This document shows, piece by piece, positions 13,424-27,335 of a stretch of DNA of 64,000 nt. This DNA comes from Epiperipatus broadwayi. Taxonomy: Eukaryota; Animalia; Onychophora. The notes under the pieces are model-generated. The model did not search any database and had not been told where the DNA came from. It saw only the letters and a list, made by a program, of their open reading frames with translations. A program made the translations under genes and the position numbers. The stretch lies in assembly GCA_028023455.1 (NCBI GenBank), contig JAQFVV010000008.1, forward strand, positions 62,001 through 126,000, in the 5' to 3' direction. The stretch's first letter is position 1; each line of letters begins with the position of its first letter.

Positions 13424-14389
13424 AAAACATTTAATGTTTTAATTAATATAGTCTTAGAGCCCATTTTCAAAATAGTTAATAATTTTTAATGCTTATATAT
13501 TTTTTTTTATTTATAACTTTAAATTGTATTTTGCTTTTATATCGAGTAATGTAAATATTTAATTTAAATCGTTTTAATTTTTTTATACAAATTTACATAT
13601 TAAATTAGATAAATGTATTATGAATTTTAGCAAGTTTTTTTTTTCATTTGTTACATACACATATTCGATTTATATATATAATTTCAAAAACATCTAACAT
13701 TCTAGGCCATGATTATGCAAATATCTTTAAAAATTAAGATTATATAGTATACAACAAAAGTCTATATTCAAGAGTAAAATATAAGTTTATCTGAACATAA
13801 CTCAAATATATTAAATGATCATTATCTCTTACCAATATAGTATCTTATTGAATTGTTAAATATTTCAGAAAAATTATGACTATTTCTGTTTCAAAGGAAC
13901 TTTATTGAATTTCATAATAGTTACGTGTTTACAAAGATCATAGGTTACATCACAAGTTTACATCAATATGGTTACATATAACTGATTAGGAAGTATATAA
14001 AAGTTTACATAAAAAATAACTATGATTATATATATATTAAAAGAAAAAAATGTTATAAGGTTCAAGCTTTCTTTCTGTTTCTCTAATAATCTCCAGTTTA
14101 ATCCAAAATGTATTAGGATTATTATTATATATACTTTTCTATAAATATTCAGCTGTTGGTAATAACACACAAGTTAGTATGCACATTTTTTCTGGCATTA
14201 TTAGATTGGCCAATGGGTAACTTTAGATTCACGAGTACTGAATTTAAGGTGACATCAACTATGTTATTTGTCAACAGTAAGTAGAAATTTTTTTTATATT
14301 TATGAAGTCCTGATTTCTCTTTTTTTTTTTTTTTTAAAGTTTAAGTGTTTTCCAAACATTATGGATTATCATACTAAGTTGATTTATAA

Positions 14390-15050
14390 AATATTTGCCA
14401 CTATCATGTGAGCAGCTTCTTTATTTTTTTTTATATCTATCCAGTATTCTTCTGTTTTCTCTATTGGACATTCATTCATTGATACATTAATGGTTTGCTA
14501 TTTTAAACACTTCTGAATTTTCATTTGTTATCATTTTTTATGTTCTTTTAATCATTTTTCAGTGAATGACTACTATCACTGACATACATCTTTCTACTTT
14601 CACGTCATTTTATAGATGCAGTTCTTGTTTTTCAGCATTCAAATTTAAGTTTAGGATTTTTTTCAGTATGACATCTCTGGTATATATTGATATACTATAA
14701 TATCCCTTCATTATTTTTGCTTTTTTTTTTTTTTTTGTATTTTTTTTTTTAATGATTCTTCTTGAGTGTTTGTCCTATATTGAACTTTTTCTAAATCATT
14801 GGCTTCTGAAAAAAGATCTTTTGCTCTGTTCATAATGATAGTATAATTCCACTTTTTGCATTTCTGACATGTTTGGCATATATACTAAGTATTTTTCTTG
14901 AGATTTTCTGCTAATAAGTAATTTTGATTTTTTTTTTTTATGAAATAAAGATTGTTCATCAACTAACTTTGTTGTGAATTTAATTGAAGAGATATGTTGT
15001 TGATATGTATCCAGAATGTTTGTGATTCTTCACCATGGTTAAATGTATCA
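14390..15050 (-). mobile_element. Heavily decayed RTE-like LINE 3' region
   Basis: Scattered minus-strand fragments resembling RTE motifs (VKVERCM ~ QRxMERxM; AAH ~ WAGH; RRILD ~ KRVLEW). Boundaries approximate. Confidence 0.4.
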
Positions 15051-16399
15051 TAGATATATTATTAAGGTTAGGCTTTTGGTGGAAATTGAGTAATATTTAG
15101 GACTATGATGAACCTATAATCTCACGCTTGATTTTATTGGAAGAATTTTGTATTATATAGAAAGGATTGTTTTGGTTCCTCATCATCCTCCATCCTTCAT
15201 AAATAAATATAAAATTTCTACTGATTATAACCTTTGATAAAACAGCTTAATTAGTGAGAATATTACTTTAAATTTACTATTGTTGAATGTAAAGATCACT
15301 TTTTCAATTCTCATATTATTTATTATTGGTCAGCCAGCAACATCTGAAGAAGAGAGAAAAGAATGGCCTTGACACATTGTGTGTATCATGCTAGTGTGTG
15401 CATTACTAATAACTGTTAAGTGTATTTAAACAAATATAAAGTTTAAATTTGTTGGAAACACTTAACAACTCAACTAGTTAGTAAAAATACTCCAATATAT
15501 AACTATAAGTAAAATACCATGATTGTTAAACAATATAATTAGCAGAAATTATGGACATATATTTATAACTGCTATTACCTATCAATTACTTCATTACATT
15601 TGTGAAAAGGAGCATACTTACTTTGTCTCGAAAGTAACACTATAAAGTAACAATGTACAATTTTTTGGTGAAATAAAGATGTAATTATTTATTCAATAAA
15701 GGAAATGCCAAATTCTTGGTTGTCTTAATTTTTTATTTAGAGTGGAACAAATTGTTGCTTTAAAAAAAATTACAAACTATTTAGTAAATATCTTCATATG
15801 CAGATGTTCAAAGAAATTAATAAAGTAATTTCCTACTAAATATAGATTGCTGAATAAATATAAGTGGTATGTTTAATCTCAAATTTAGAAAGTATCTTTT
15901 TACTAAAGTGACACTTTTCTGATCACCTTAAATTTTTTAGAAAATTCCAAAATTACAACAAAAATTTAATTACTAATCAATCGAAATGACACTTTTCAGA
16001 TTGTATTAAATTTTTTAGAGAATTTGGCATTTATCATCCAATTAATGTATTTACTTTTTAAATGAGGTTTGTACCAACATTTGTGATTGATGTATTTGAA
16101 TATTATATAGGAAAATTCTGCTTTACAATTTTTTCAATAGATATGATTTTGTATTAATACCACATTTTTATTTAACATAATTAAAATTTAAAAAATATTC
16201 AAATAATACATAAGAAGTGTTTTTATCTCTAGAACAACAAAAGAAAGTGTAAAATATTTTATTTTTAATACAAATAATATTTTCATTGAAATTGCATATA
16301 AACTAAATTGTAAACATTTTAATTCTTTTTTGTCATTATAAAAATGTGAAGATTTAAAATTGTTGCTATTAAAATTATTAATAAAAGCCATTTATATGG

Positions 16400-18420
16400 A
16401 GGAAAAGATCTGTTCTAGAAATGGGTTTTATGGTGATTGTGCAAACCAATCTTTGAATAACAAATATGTCCACATATGGAGCAAGGTGGCTCATTTTTCT
16501 GTTTGATATTTTATGTTGTTTTTTTAATTTCCTCAGCAAAAAGTTTTGCTTTTTGAACTACTTTAACATCATGGCTAATTACAGCTCTCCAATATATTCT
16601 CTTCTCTTCCATATCTTTCCAATGGAAACAGAATTTTTTTGAGATAATCCTTATAAAATAGATAGGTCTATACCATGAAACTCATGATCAAGATCGCCAT
16701 ACATAACCCTTTTAGGAAAACTTATTGTTCTTTCATTTTACTTATCCAATCCAATGAAAGTGCAACTTTACAATAGGCATTCAATAGTATATTATCCAGT
16801 AAGCTAAAGAAAATTGATTGTTTTATAATCTTGCCATTGTATCTTTGAAATTTTTATGGAGCATCTTTAAATGCAATTTTTCTAATTCCTTTATATTGAA
16901 CTGATAGGATGTCAAATTTTTATTTACACCCAAAAGTAACAGCTCTATACATAGCTAGCTTAGTTGCAATAGTCATATAATGAAATATTCTATCTTTTAA
17001 CTTGTTAAAAGCAGTTGTAGCACATTGGAGTTTGTATTTTATTTCAATATCTAAGTTACTCTTTCTCTTTATAAAACTACTATAGTATTTAAACTGATTT
17101 ACATTATTAACTTGATAACCACCCAAGCTAAAAGTTTTTTTTCTGTCACTGACTGATAAAGTACTTGACTTTTTTGAACATTAATTAATAAACCAAAGTC
17201 TATATAAGTTGCATTCAAAACATTAAGAACATTTGTAAATCATCTTTTGAACTGAAAAAAAAAAAACCATATTATCAGCTTACTGAAAATTCAGAATTTA
17301 AAAAAAAAATTTTTTTTTGGTTTTCACTTTTAATTGACTCAAATTAAAAATTTTACTATTACACCTGTATCATTTCTTGAACTCTGTTTGATTAATTAAG
17401 CCTTCTATAAACAATTCCAATGATCATTGTCATAAAAATTGAAAATAATGTTGGAAAAAGTACAATTCTTTGTTTAACACCAATTTTTATCTCGCATTTT
17501 CTACTTGTAATAGCAACCCTTCCTATTATTCCATCATAGAGAAGTTGTACAATATACATAAATTTTTCAGGATACTTAACCTATTAATTGAATCAAATGT
17601 CTTGATTAACTGAATAAAAATGAATATACAAATCACTCTTTTGTTTTTGACACTTTTCTTGTGTTTGCCTAGCAACAAATATCATGTCTTTTTGGTAGCA
17701 TCATCTATATAACTGGATGCAACATATTCAACAAAATTCTTGAAAATACCTTTGCCGTTGTGGATAATAATGATATTTCATGATTGTTACTGCAATTTTG
17801 TCTATTCCCTCATAAAAATATCCTTAAGATCAGAGTGTTTTACTTCATGGGTTCATATATTCCTAAAAATTTCAAAAGTTTTGGTGCTAGTATTTCACTA
17901 CCATATCTTAAAAACTTTTTCCATGAATTTCATTAGGACCTGCAGTCTTTTCATTTTTAAAATCGCAAAGAGCTGTTTTGACTTATTAAGCTGGATATCT
18001 TTATCCAAATCTAAATGAATAGGTAATATTGATATATCATTAAATATCATCATTTTTGTATCATTATTTAAAAGATGATCAAAATACTTGTACCTGTTGA
18101 AATATCATTATCATCATATAAGATACTAGTATTGCTAGATTTAATAAGATTGTGATACTTCTTTTCATGACCATATGTTGCTTTTAGTGTATCAAAAAAA
18201 GATCTATCTAAAATATGATCATTGAGTGTCTGCATTTTCTTTGTAGTTTTGATTTATCAATTATTTTTAAGCTTTCTTGTCAATCATTGAACTTCTGCTT
18301 TTAGATTTTTATTGTAATGGACAAAAGAGACTTGCAAATATGGTCAACATCACATAACAATAGGTACCATTAGACTTACCATCTAGAATTTTCTATATAT
18401 ATATTAGTAAGTGATATTAT
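16400..18420 (-). mobile_element. Decayed RTE-clade LINE (RT plus C-terminal zinc finger)
   Basis: Minus-strand CSICGHICYSKIGLHNHHKTH at ~16420-16485 (RTE-type C2H2-like tail); AFNKLKDRIF...KLAMYRAV.FGCK (ORF 16920-17126); degenerate RT region at 17.7-18.4 kb. Confidence 0.72.
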
Positions 18421-19035
18421 TCTATTATCTACTAGACTCAAGTCTCAATAAGTGTTCTATGTACTGATTCTTATAAGAAATTACAATATACTGTTAAAGA
18501 TATCCAACCATAAATCCCACAGATTTAGCAATTATTACTAATATTTCTGTATTTATTGTATTAAATGGTACCCTGGATTTTGTAACAAGTAATGAACAAA
18601 ATCTAGACTAAATAGATGAAAACAAATATTTATTATAAATTCAATATATTATTATTATAACATAAATATCTTATAAATCTCTTGGCACATAATTCCTTTG
18701 TTTATTATTTGTTATTTGGAAATTTATAAGGTGAAGTAATATATATATACCTTTTTATAAACAAAATTGGTAATACATATATTAAAACGAAACAATGGAT
18801 GTGTGTTTCAATATTTAGAAAGTAAATCTTATTACCCAAGAACTTAATATTCTGTTTAAGTAAGCTAATACTAATTATTATATGTTTTTACATCTTAGTG
18901 ATAGTACTAATATGCATTTACTCACTTCATTAGGAAATCAACATTGAAATATTTATATGAACTATCATGATTAAGAACATTATTAATAATTACATCAAAT
19001 TCTATTGTAAATCTAAGGATAAGTACATAAAGAAT

Positions 19036-19143
19036 TAAAATTTTCCATATGCATCATTATATATATATATATATATATATATGATGCATATGGAAAATTT
19101 TATATGCTTATATATATATATATATATATATATATAAGCATAT
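19036..19143. repeat. Two adjacent hairpins, each centred on an (AT)n microsatellite
   Basis: 22-bp perfect arms TAAAATTTTCCATATGCATCAT (19036-19057) / 19081-19102 around (TA)n; second arms ATATGCTT (19102-19109) / AAGCATAT (19136-19143) around another (TA)n. Confidence 0.9.
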
Positions 19144-19910
19144 GAAGTGCTTAAATATCTCAAATGCATTACAAATCTTATTAAACTATTTTTATATGTG
19201 TAAGTGACATATATCATACCAAAATTGAATTCCACTTCAAATTCCGATATATAATTTATTTAAATACATAATACAAATGTATACCCAAACCCTAGCTTCA
19301 ATAAGCAAGCAACCAGGTATTAAACTTATTTCTTCTTTTTGTATTTGGTTAGAACAAACATTCATAATCATCACTGAGCTTAAATTTTATATTAATTTAT
19401 TTCCATCTAATTTACATTATTCTTTTAACCTATAATACGTAATAATAAAATTAGTGATAACGATCATTATTTCTAATGATGATCAATAAATTATTGATTT
19501 TCATATTATAACAGTTTGTCTAAAATCCAACACATTATCTTTAAATGCCTACTTCAAATGTATTGAATTCTCATTATATATATGACCATATCCCAATCAG
19601 TCTCACTCATAATGCTCATCAATAGTATAAAGATAGGACTTTTCCCAAGCATTAGAACAACTGTTTTTATTCTATTTGCCCTTTAGTTCCTTAGATGCCA
19701 TTTCTGCTTTAATCCATTCTCAAAAAAAAACTACAATCATATTTTCTATAACAAAATAAAATTAGAAATCAAACCTTTGCACTTCCAAATATATATGCAG
19801 CCATGTGGAACTTAATAACCTTATTTACACCACTGTCATTACTGGTCTTTAAAATTAGGATATGATCTTTGCTTTAATACTAAAAACTTTCATTAACTAT
19901 ATAGTTTTCT

Positions 19911-19976
19911 GTCAATGCCTTACAAGCAGTTGTCCCGGGTTCGCTTCCCGGACGATGCTTTGACATATGAAAAAAA
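19911..19976 (+). mobile_element. tRNA-derived SINE, copy 2 (internally deleted, A-box missing)
   Basis: Perfect 16-bp TSD AACTATATAGTTTTCT at 19895-19910 and 19977-19992; starts GTCAA, B-box GGTTCGCTTCC, ends GACATATG plus poly(A). Confidence 0.9.
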
Positions 19977-20213
19977 AACTATATAGTTTTCTCATTTTAA
20001 AAATTCGCGAATAAATTAATCAGAGATCCAATCAAACACTAACACATAAAACTAATTTAAATTTAACAACACAAGTCATATCATAATTAATTCTTCACTA
20101 CTTATATGAAATTCTATTTGGAAGTGATATAAGTAAACATATTTATACATGTTTATATGTAATATAATACTCTGTGCAGGCTACACACACCTGCACATAT
20201 ATAATGTAACATA

Positions 20214-20476
20214 AGAGATTCAAACTCAGACTTTCACACAACTCTCAACTCTCCATGCCATCTCATATTGCTGATCCACCTGATCATACACATGTTGAAA
20301 AGATAAATAAGCACCAATATACATATTTCATGCTAAAACAGCAATCATCAGTTAGTCCAGATTACTATCCTCACACATATATACAATCAATGCTCAGCTT
20401 TATATTAAGATAGCCAATCTTCATACTTTAATGGACAGGCTTCAAACTATTCCAACCCACAACTCTTTGGCCATCC
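20214..20476 (-). mobile_element. Hammerhead-bearing dispersed repeat (Penelope-like pLTR or retrozyme-like), copy A
   Basis: Alignable along its length with 33673-33880 and with both arms of 53284-53643; contains a hammerhead core on the minus strand. Confidence 0.8.
20302..20369 (-). ncRNA. Type I hammerhead ribozyme (core intact, stems partly decayed)
   Basis: Minus strand reads GATAGTAATCT-GGA-CTAA-CTGATGA-TTGCTG-TTT-TAGCAT-GAA-ATATGTAT-A|TTGG-TGCTTA-TTTATC. Confidence 0.7.
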
Positions 20477-20706
20477 CTTTCATTGAAAATCTGATGATGG
20501 AATGTTCAAAGCCCACATTAGTGCCAAGGTTGTCATCCTACCCATGTTGACCATTTAGTCATTCTGCCCCATCATGTACTGGAGAATAATCCATTTACAT
20601 ACATATGGATATGCAGTATTAACTACCTCAATACAAACTAAAGTATAATTTATATCTATATCCATGTATGTATGTATGTAATAGATACTAAATATCAAAT
20701 ATAAAT

Positions 20707-20916
20707 TATGTAACCATGTACATGTACTTCAACAATAAAGACAATGTTAAAAGTTAAAACAAAATTATTAGGAAGTGATATAAGTAAATATATTTTTAGA
20801 TGCATATATAGAATATGTATATATGTAATAAATACGAAACACCAAATATAAACTATGTAACCACATACTTCAACAATAAAGATTATGTTAAAAGTTAAAA
20901 CAAAATTATTAGGAAG
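20707..20916 (+). repeat. Direct duplication of a ~65-70-bp segment with ~146-bp period
   Basis: TATGTAACCA...CTTCAACAATAAAGA..ATGTTAAAAGTTAAAACAAAATTATTAGGAAGT at 20707 and 20853. The following GGAAGTGATATAAGTAAA also recurs at ~20120. Confidence 0.75.
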
Positions 20917-22059
20917 TTTATCTACACAACTTGCTTTCATTTGGAATCTTAAAAGTAAACAATTCCAATAAAGTTTTTGGTAAGTACTTTAAAATAACTA
21001 AAGTTAATTGTAAAATAGTAAATGTTAATTTAAAGAAAAAGTTTAAAAAACATCACATAAATGGCATAACAAAATAGTGGAATAGAAAGTATTTACGTAC
21101 AAATAAACTCATTTAAATTTTAAATCAAATTCCAAAAGATTATAAATTTAAATGATTTTACAAATTTATCTAAGCTTTCAGATAGGTAACATAGTTGGCA
21201 GCATTCAGCAGATTTAATGATATTTCCAAAAGTGATTGAATTATATTATTTTCTTTCTCATGTACATTTAATCAGAGCTCTTTTATTAGATGAAGTTTAT
21301 AGTTGAAACTTAAAATTCAGAATCCTGTGGTTTTCACATATTATTGTTAATCATTTGCATCACAGTCAGATTTGTACAATTTAGAAGATTTAATTTGTTA
21401 TGATCAGGTTTTTTCATCAAGCTTCACTTGATAATTAGTAGTTTAGCATATAGTAAACTAGATTGTGAGACCATTATTGATGATGTCATTTATTTATCCA
21501 GAAAGGATTTGGGGTAAATTATCCTGCCATAGGAAATCACAATGCTCTAGAGAGGTTTAAATTTATTGCATTAGCTTAGAATTTTTCTCTGGTAATATTG
21601 ACAATCAGCAATGCAAAAGGGACCAGTTGAATTTTTTTCTTGAAACTATTAAAGTTATAACATGGAATTTTAATTATCAAGAAAAATCATGATGATAAAT
21701 TTTATATTTGATACTTTTCCATAATAAAGAGATAATCTAGATATTAAAGAAAATTCAAATTTACATATTAGACTACAAGATTCTTTAGTTTTCTTTTGAG
21801 AACATAAAATTTATATAATACAAATGTTGACTTCAATTATATTGCCTTAAAATAACAAATTGTATTGTGTGTAATTTTAATTAATCCACTAATTAACATC
21901 TTCTAAAATAAATCTCTTTATCTTTTATTTTAATAAAAAGATTAAACTTTTCTTTAGATATATATTTTAAGAAGAATAAAGAAAAAATAATGTCTCTCCT
22001 TTACCAAAAGAAAACTATTTAATAAATGTAAACTAAATTTTACATATTGAATATATATA

Positions 22060-22960
22060 TATAATGATGCCCAAAAACCAAAATAATTTTCTGGTGGGTA
22101 GTCATGTTGCAGTGCATTCTTTTGCTGCTATATGACTTTTGCAGGGATCCCCCTTCTTCAGTTTGCTGACTGACATCATTGAGTGAAAGTCATGATGCCA
22201 TATAATAAATATTTTTATTGTGTCTCACTTATTTGGCAAATTTTGTGATGGCTGAAAAGTTAGAACAACATGAAATTCTGTTTTCTGTTGGAAGAAGTGG
22301 TAGTGAAACTATTTTCATGTTTGAAACAGCTTCTAAGCAAGCTGCTGTGGGAAAGCACAAGTTTATGAGTGGTTTAATGGATGAGTTCAATCACCACACC
22401 TCCAAAAAATGCAGTGAATGAAGTTTAATGTCAAGATGCTGCTGATTTTTTTTTATGCAAACAGCATTGTTAACTCACAATTTGTTTTAATGGTCAGCAG
22501 GCATTTTACCTACAAGTTCTGAAACATTTGGATGTTGTGGTAAAATGAAAATGTTCCAATTTGTGACAAAGTGGAGCATGTATGCTTCACTACTGTAGTG
22601 CACCAGCACACAAAGCCTGGAATTGGAAACAATTTTTCTTCAAAAATAGCATTTGTTCAGCTTATCCTTTCACCATATTAACCTGATTATGCTCTGTGTG
22701 ACCTTTTTTTATTCACCATATGCAAAATTGCCTCAAAAGAAAAAGGTTTACAGATTTGGAAGTGGTAAAGACTAAAATGATGGAAACATTAAAGGCATCA
22801 ATTTGCAAGTTTTGTGACCATTTCAAAAAGTGGAAAACACATTAAGACCATTACATTGCATCAAATTTAAATAGTACTTTGAAGAAGATTCAATTTAAAG
22901 ACCTAAAAATAAATACAATTTTTTATTGCAAAATTCCAAGGGCAGGGTGGATTCCTCTTA
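22060..22960 (+). mobile_element. Internally deleted, decayed mariner (Mos1-like DD34D) transposon
   Basis: N-terminal MAEKLEQH..F.F.LGRSGSET..MF..A....YEWF joined directly to C-terminal KMLLIFF, FYLQVLKHL, LH...APAH, PY.PD.ALCD.FLF, KRF.DLEVVK, YFEED; degenerate TA-flanked ends. Confidence 0.8.
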
Positions 22961-23903
22961 TATGTATGTGTGTGCATATATATTTACAGAAATTAAAATA
23001 CTATTAAAGCTTTATTTGGTAGCTTTTAGCTGATTACATTATCTTTTAATTTAATTCTAGAAATTCATTTATTGCCCATTTTGCCAACTACATGAAATAG
23101 ATTTGAAATGGATAGTCCCATCTCATTTTATTTAATACCACATTTAATCTATTATTCTGCCAAAAGACAAAATGCAACATGTTTTCTTTTAATTAAATCA
23201 CTAATTTTAAGTTCATGGTCAGAAAACCAGTCATGTTTCTTCTTTTTAGTGAACTCAAGAATAGATTTATTTGTATTCAGGACATACTTCTCAAAAGAAA
23301 TTCATGTTTCAGTAATATGATAGTCCTGAAGATTCAAATTAGCAATTTTAATGTTTAACAGATGTTGAAATCTAGTATGTAGTTCAATAATTTTATTAAG
23401 AATGTACAATATTGCAAGATGTAAATGGGAATAATTAATTACACATCTTGGTTATATGTAGTAAAAAGTGTATACAATCTATACTATCTAGTCAATAAAT
23501 TGAAATATGTAAATAATTGGATTAAAACATAACCTGTTATCGTTATTATCTACTGCCACCATGCATGTAGACTGATCAATGACCAACACTCTTTTGATAG
23601 ATGCTGTGCTCAGTTACATGATGATTAGTGTCCTTGAGCTTCACCACAGGAAAGTATCCACATCTCTGCATCAATGAAAGTTTATGCAGAGTATCACTAA
23701 GGTTGCATATCCAAATTGCGATCTACTGATTAAGTATCAAAAGTGTCTAATCGTTGGGATAATGATACCCCATTTTCAGAGTATGTTAAGTTTGGGATCA
23801 CATTGATTGTTACAAAGAAATAATCATGTTAATATAATAAGATCCCATGTCTCAACAAATCTAACATTTGGAGCTAAGAGCTTGTCACGATGTTTAATTT
23901 TAA

Positions 23904-26900
23904 TTAGTTTTTAATTATAAAGTCTTCTTCATGAATATGTCCGGAATTAAAGATTATTTTGCAGAGGGTGGTCCACAATGCATATTTAATGGTCCAGAAT
24001 GCATAATTAATGAATAAAGATAGTCTTATAATTGGTATTGATCTTGTTTTGATATTATCTCTAAGCGAGGTGACAAGATAATAATTTACTTTGAGGTTAT
24101 TAATTATAAACCTTCTAAATTTCCAAAGGCCAGGACACGAGCAAACTAGATGACCAAATGTTTCATTGTGCACCTGACAGAGGGGGCAGATAGGATCAAT
24201 ATTGTTAATGCCACATCTATAGACTAGAAACTAAACCAGTTAGTGCTTATGGAATTATTTATTTTAATAGTAAAATCCAAGTACTTTGGCTCCATGGACC
24301 AGTAATCTGAAGAGTGAGATGACTTTCTTATTGGTTATCCCATGTTTGGGTCGTATGGGAATAATTACCAGTTTTATAAGACTATGAGCCTCCCAAATGC
24401 TAATTGGGTTGCCAAATGTGTCATTTGTGATAACCATATAATTTTTGATTAACTCCACTGCTGCATCTAGGAAATTACTAACTTTAGGAGGCCGTCTATC
24501 CATGGGGGTGATTGGATGAATTACCTACAGATAACCAAAAGTTCTGATCAGCATGGAGATGAAATTAAATGTCTTTTGGACAAAACTTGAATGGAATGAT
24601 AGGATAATCTGTTGTATTTCCGATGAAGCTGCATTCTGTCTATATTTATTGCAGCAACTGTACCACCCAAAAACTGCCGACTTGCGAGTATATTCATTTT
24701 CCTAATGAAGGTCTTTGTAATTTTGATGATGGGTAGATAATAGTTTAACTTGGCTATAATCTTCATGTTAAGGAGCATTTACCTTGCCATGCAAGGAGAA
24801 GTATACCTTGGATAGGTGCTTGGTAATTTCCTCCACGGAGTGAATGATATTATTTTGGATATCTTTAGACATTTGAGTATGTGATTTATATATCGCAAAT
24901 CCCAAGAATTTCTGAGGGTTAGCTGAAAATTTAGTTACAAGTTTTTGACCTGAACATACTTTCCATATGGCTGATTTATTAGGGTTAAAGGTGAGGCCAT
25001 AGTTTTCTGTATAGTGGTCCAATATAGAGAATAACTGAGATGAGTATATAGCTGAAGGAAGGAAGATATTAATATCCATATAAGCTATGGCCTTTATCAA
25101 TCTTGCCAATCTAGGAATAAATACAGCAGGAAGTAATTTGTCAAAGGTCTTCAATAACCGATCAATATAGGCTATAACACATGAGAGCACTGAGGGGAGA
25201 TCCTTGCGGTATGGAGGTATTGGGTTGGAAGAAAGGTGATAATTTGCCACTCAGAGAGACAGCCATTTCTCTATTCGACATGAGATTGTTTATGATCTGT
25301 ATAGTAGAGGTAGGAATTTTGGTGATGTTTTAGAAGGTTTAATAATGTACTAATATTAACAGAGTCAAAGGCTGCATTGATGTCAAGCTGAACTGCAATG
25401 ACCGCTTGTTTTCTCTGTTGCCTGACATAATCCATTAGTATTTTAAACTGGCCAATGGCTAGTATTGGTGATGAGTGCTTCTTCACATATTGAGATGATG
25501 AAATATTTTGTAGAAAATTTGTCTTGAATTGTATCTTTGATAACAGATTCTAGAATTTTAATGATGAGGGGGGACATGGAGATTGGCTGAATGTTTTTGA
25601 GAGTATGATGATCTTCATCAGGAAGGGGACTAAAGCTATAGAATATAGGTGTGGGATTACTCTTTTCTTCTGTGCCAGGTGATTAGTCATCTTGTGTAAA
25701 ATGGGGATTGTAAAATGGCTTAAATGATCTAATAGGAAGCATGGAATTCCATGCTACCCAGGGTGAATTCTATCAGGCATTGCTTAAAGTTTAGCTTTTA
25801 GCATGACTTCTGTGATGCCATGATCATCTTGGCATGTCAAAACATCTATACCAGGAAAAGACATTTGGGTTGAAGTTTTTCTTGGGGAAAAAATTTATGA
25901 AATTTCATTAATCATTGGCATGCCAATAAAGGAATTGCCATCTATGTTAATGGGAATGGGAGGGAATTTGATAGCCCCAGTGCCCAGTAGAGGTGACCTT
26001 GTCCAGCAGTTTTGTTGATCAAGGAAGATTTTGGCTCGTTTGATAGACAGGTAGTCAGTGAGGGCTTTCTGTTTAGCTTTATATTGTTATTTAATAGACA
26101 TGGTGTCATCTATGGAGTATGAAGCAGAAATGTAGGCTTTCATTCTATTACTCAGCTCATCTAGATCCTTAAGAAGGGCTAGTGATCCCTTTTGCTTGAT
26201 TGTATGATGAAATATGATTGATTGGAGGATACCAATGAAGGCAAACCATGCCTCTTCAATGGAACTATTAAGTATATCTATTTTCTTGAAGTATATGTAA
26301 GCCTCGGATGGGATGGCTTCTGTGGTTGTGGATTTGTTAACATTCTGAGGGTGTTACAGGTAGAGGAAACTGTGTTGTTTGCTGCTTCAATCTGAACTGA
26401 AAGGGCAAGATGATCTGAAAAGATTACAAGTTTCAATTTGGCTGAAATTATGAAATGAATGTCAGGTGTGTAAAAAAATAAATATATTAGTGTTTTGTAT
26501 TTTCTAGTGTAATATGAGTACAAATTAGTGGGAAGATGACTATCACCACTCATAACTGACCTGTCTATCAAGTGAATATAACCATTATTGAATTTTGTAT
26601 AGTTAATATTAAAGTCACCAAAAATTAGGTTGGGCCTATTATTATTTACCATTATCCTGTTAATTACATTGATAATCATGATCATAGTACTGGAGGACCT
26701 ATCAGCATAAACATATATTAAATTTATATCCATATTTTGATATTTGACTACAATTGCAAGAAGATTAACATCAATATGTAGAATTGTGAATCTATTAGGA
26801 GGATATTTTCTGTTGATAAGCATTCCAATTCCTCCAGCAATTGAAAGACTTACTGAGAAAGCAACATATCCAAGAGAATTGAGGCATTTGCTAATTCTGG

Positions 26901-27050
26901 GGTCTGTATTTACATGAAACTTTTGTCTCATTCATGAAGAGTATGAACGGATTATTAATTTTAAATCATTGCTCTATGGCAAAGACCTTATCCAAGAAGT
27001 TTATACCCCTTACATTAACTTCTAGAAAGTTATATAACATTGATTGACAT
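23904..27050 (-). pseudogene. Tx1-like ORF2 (APE endonuclease, RT, CCHC), fragmented
   Basis: EVNVRGI...FMNETK (APE start near 27050), LIFGDFN, FSDHLAL, VQLDINAAFDSV, AYMD, NPNKS, QKFLGF, CPLCQVHNETFGHLVCSC. Confidence 0.85.
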
Positions 27051-27335
27051 TTAAGACTTTAAGTCTACCGCAAAGTAGAAAGAGTTGACAGGATATGATT
27101 TATTCTTGCATTATGGATTCAATCTATTAGATGCTGTCTAAACTGTCATCTTGAGTAGCTTGAATCAGGTCTTTAACAACACCTATTGGCATTTTGAGAT
27201 TCAATATATTACTGACCTCATCATCAAGTGGCCCTTTCATATCAGGGCTTTTTTTTATATATGGGAATATTGTTTTTATTTTTTTGTTTGTGAGTCAGAC
27301 ATTTTTCTTTCCTTGTGATTTTTCATCGTCCGAGC

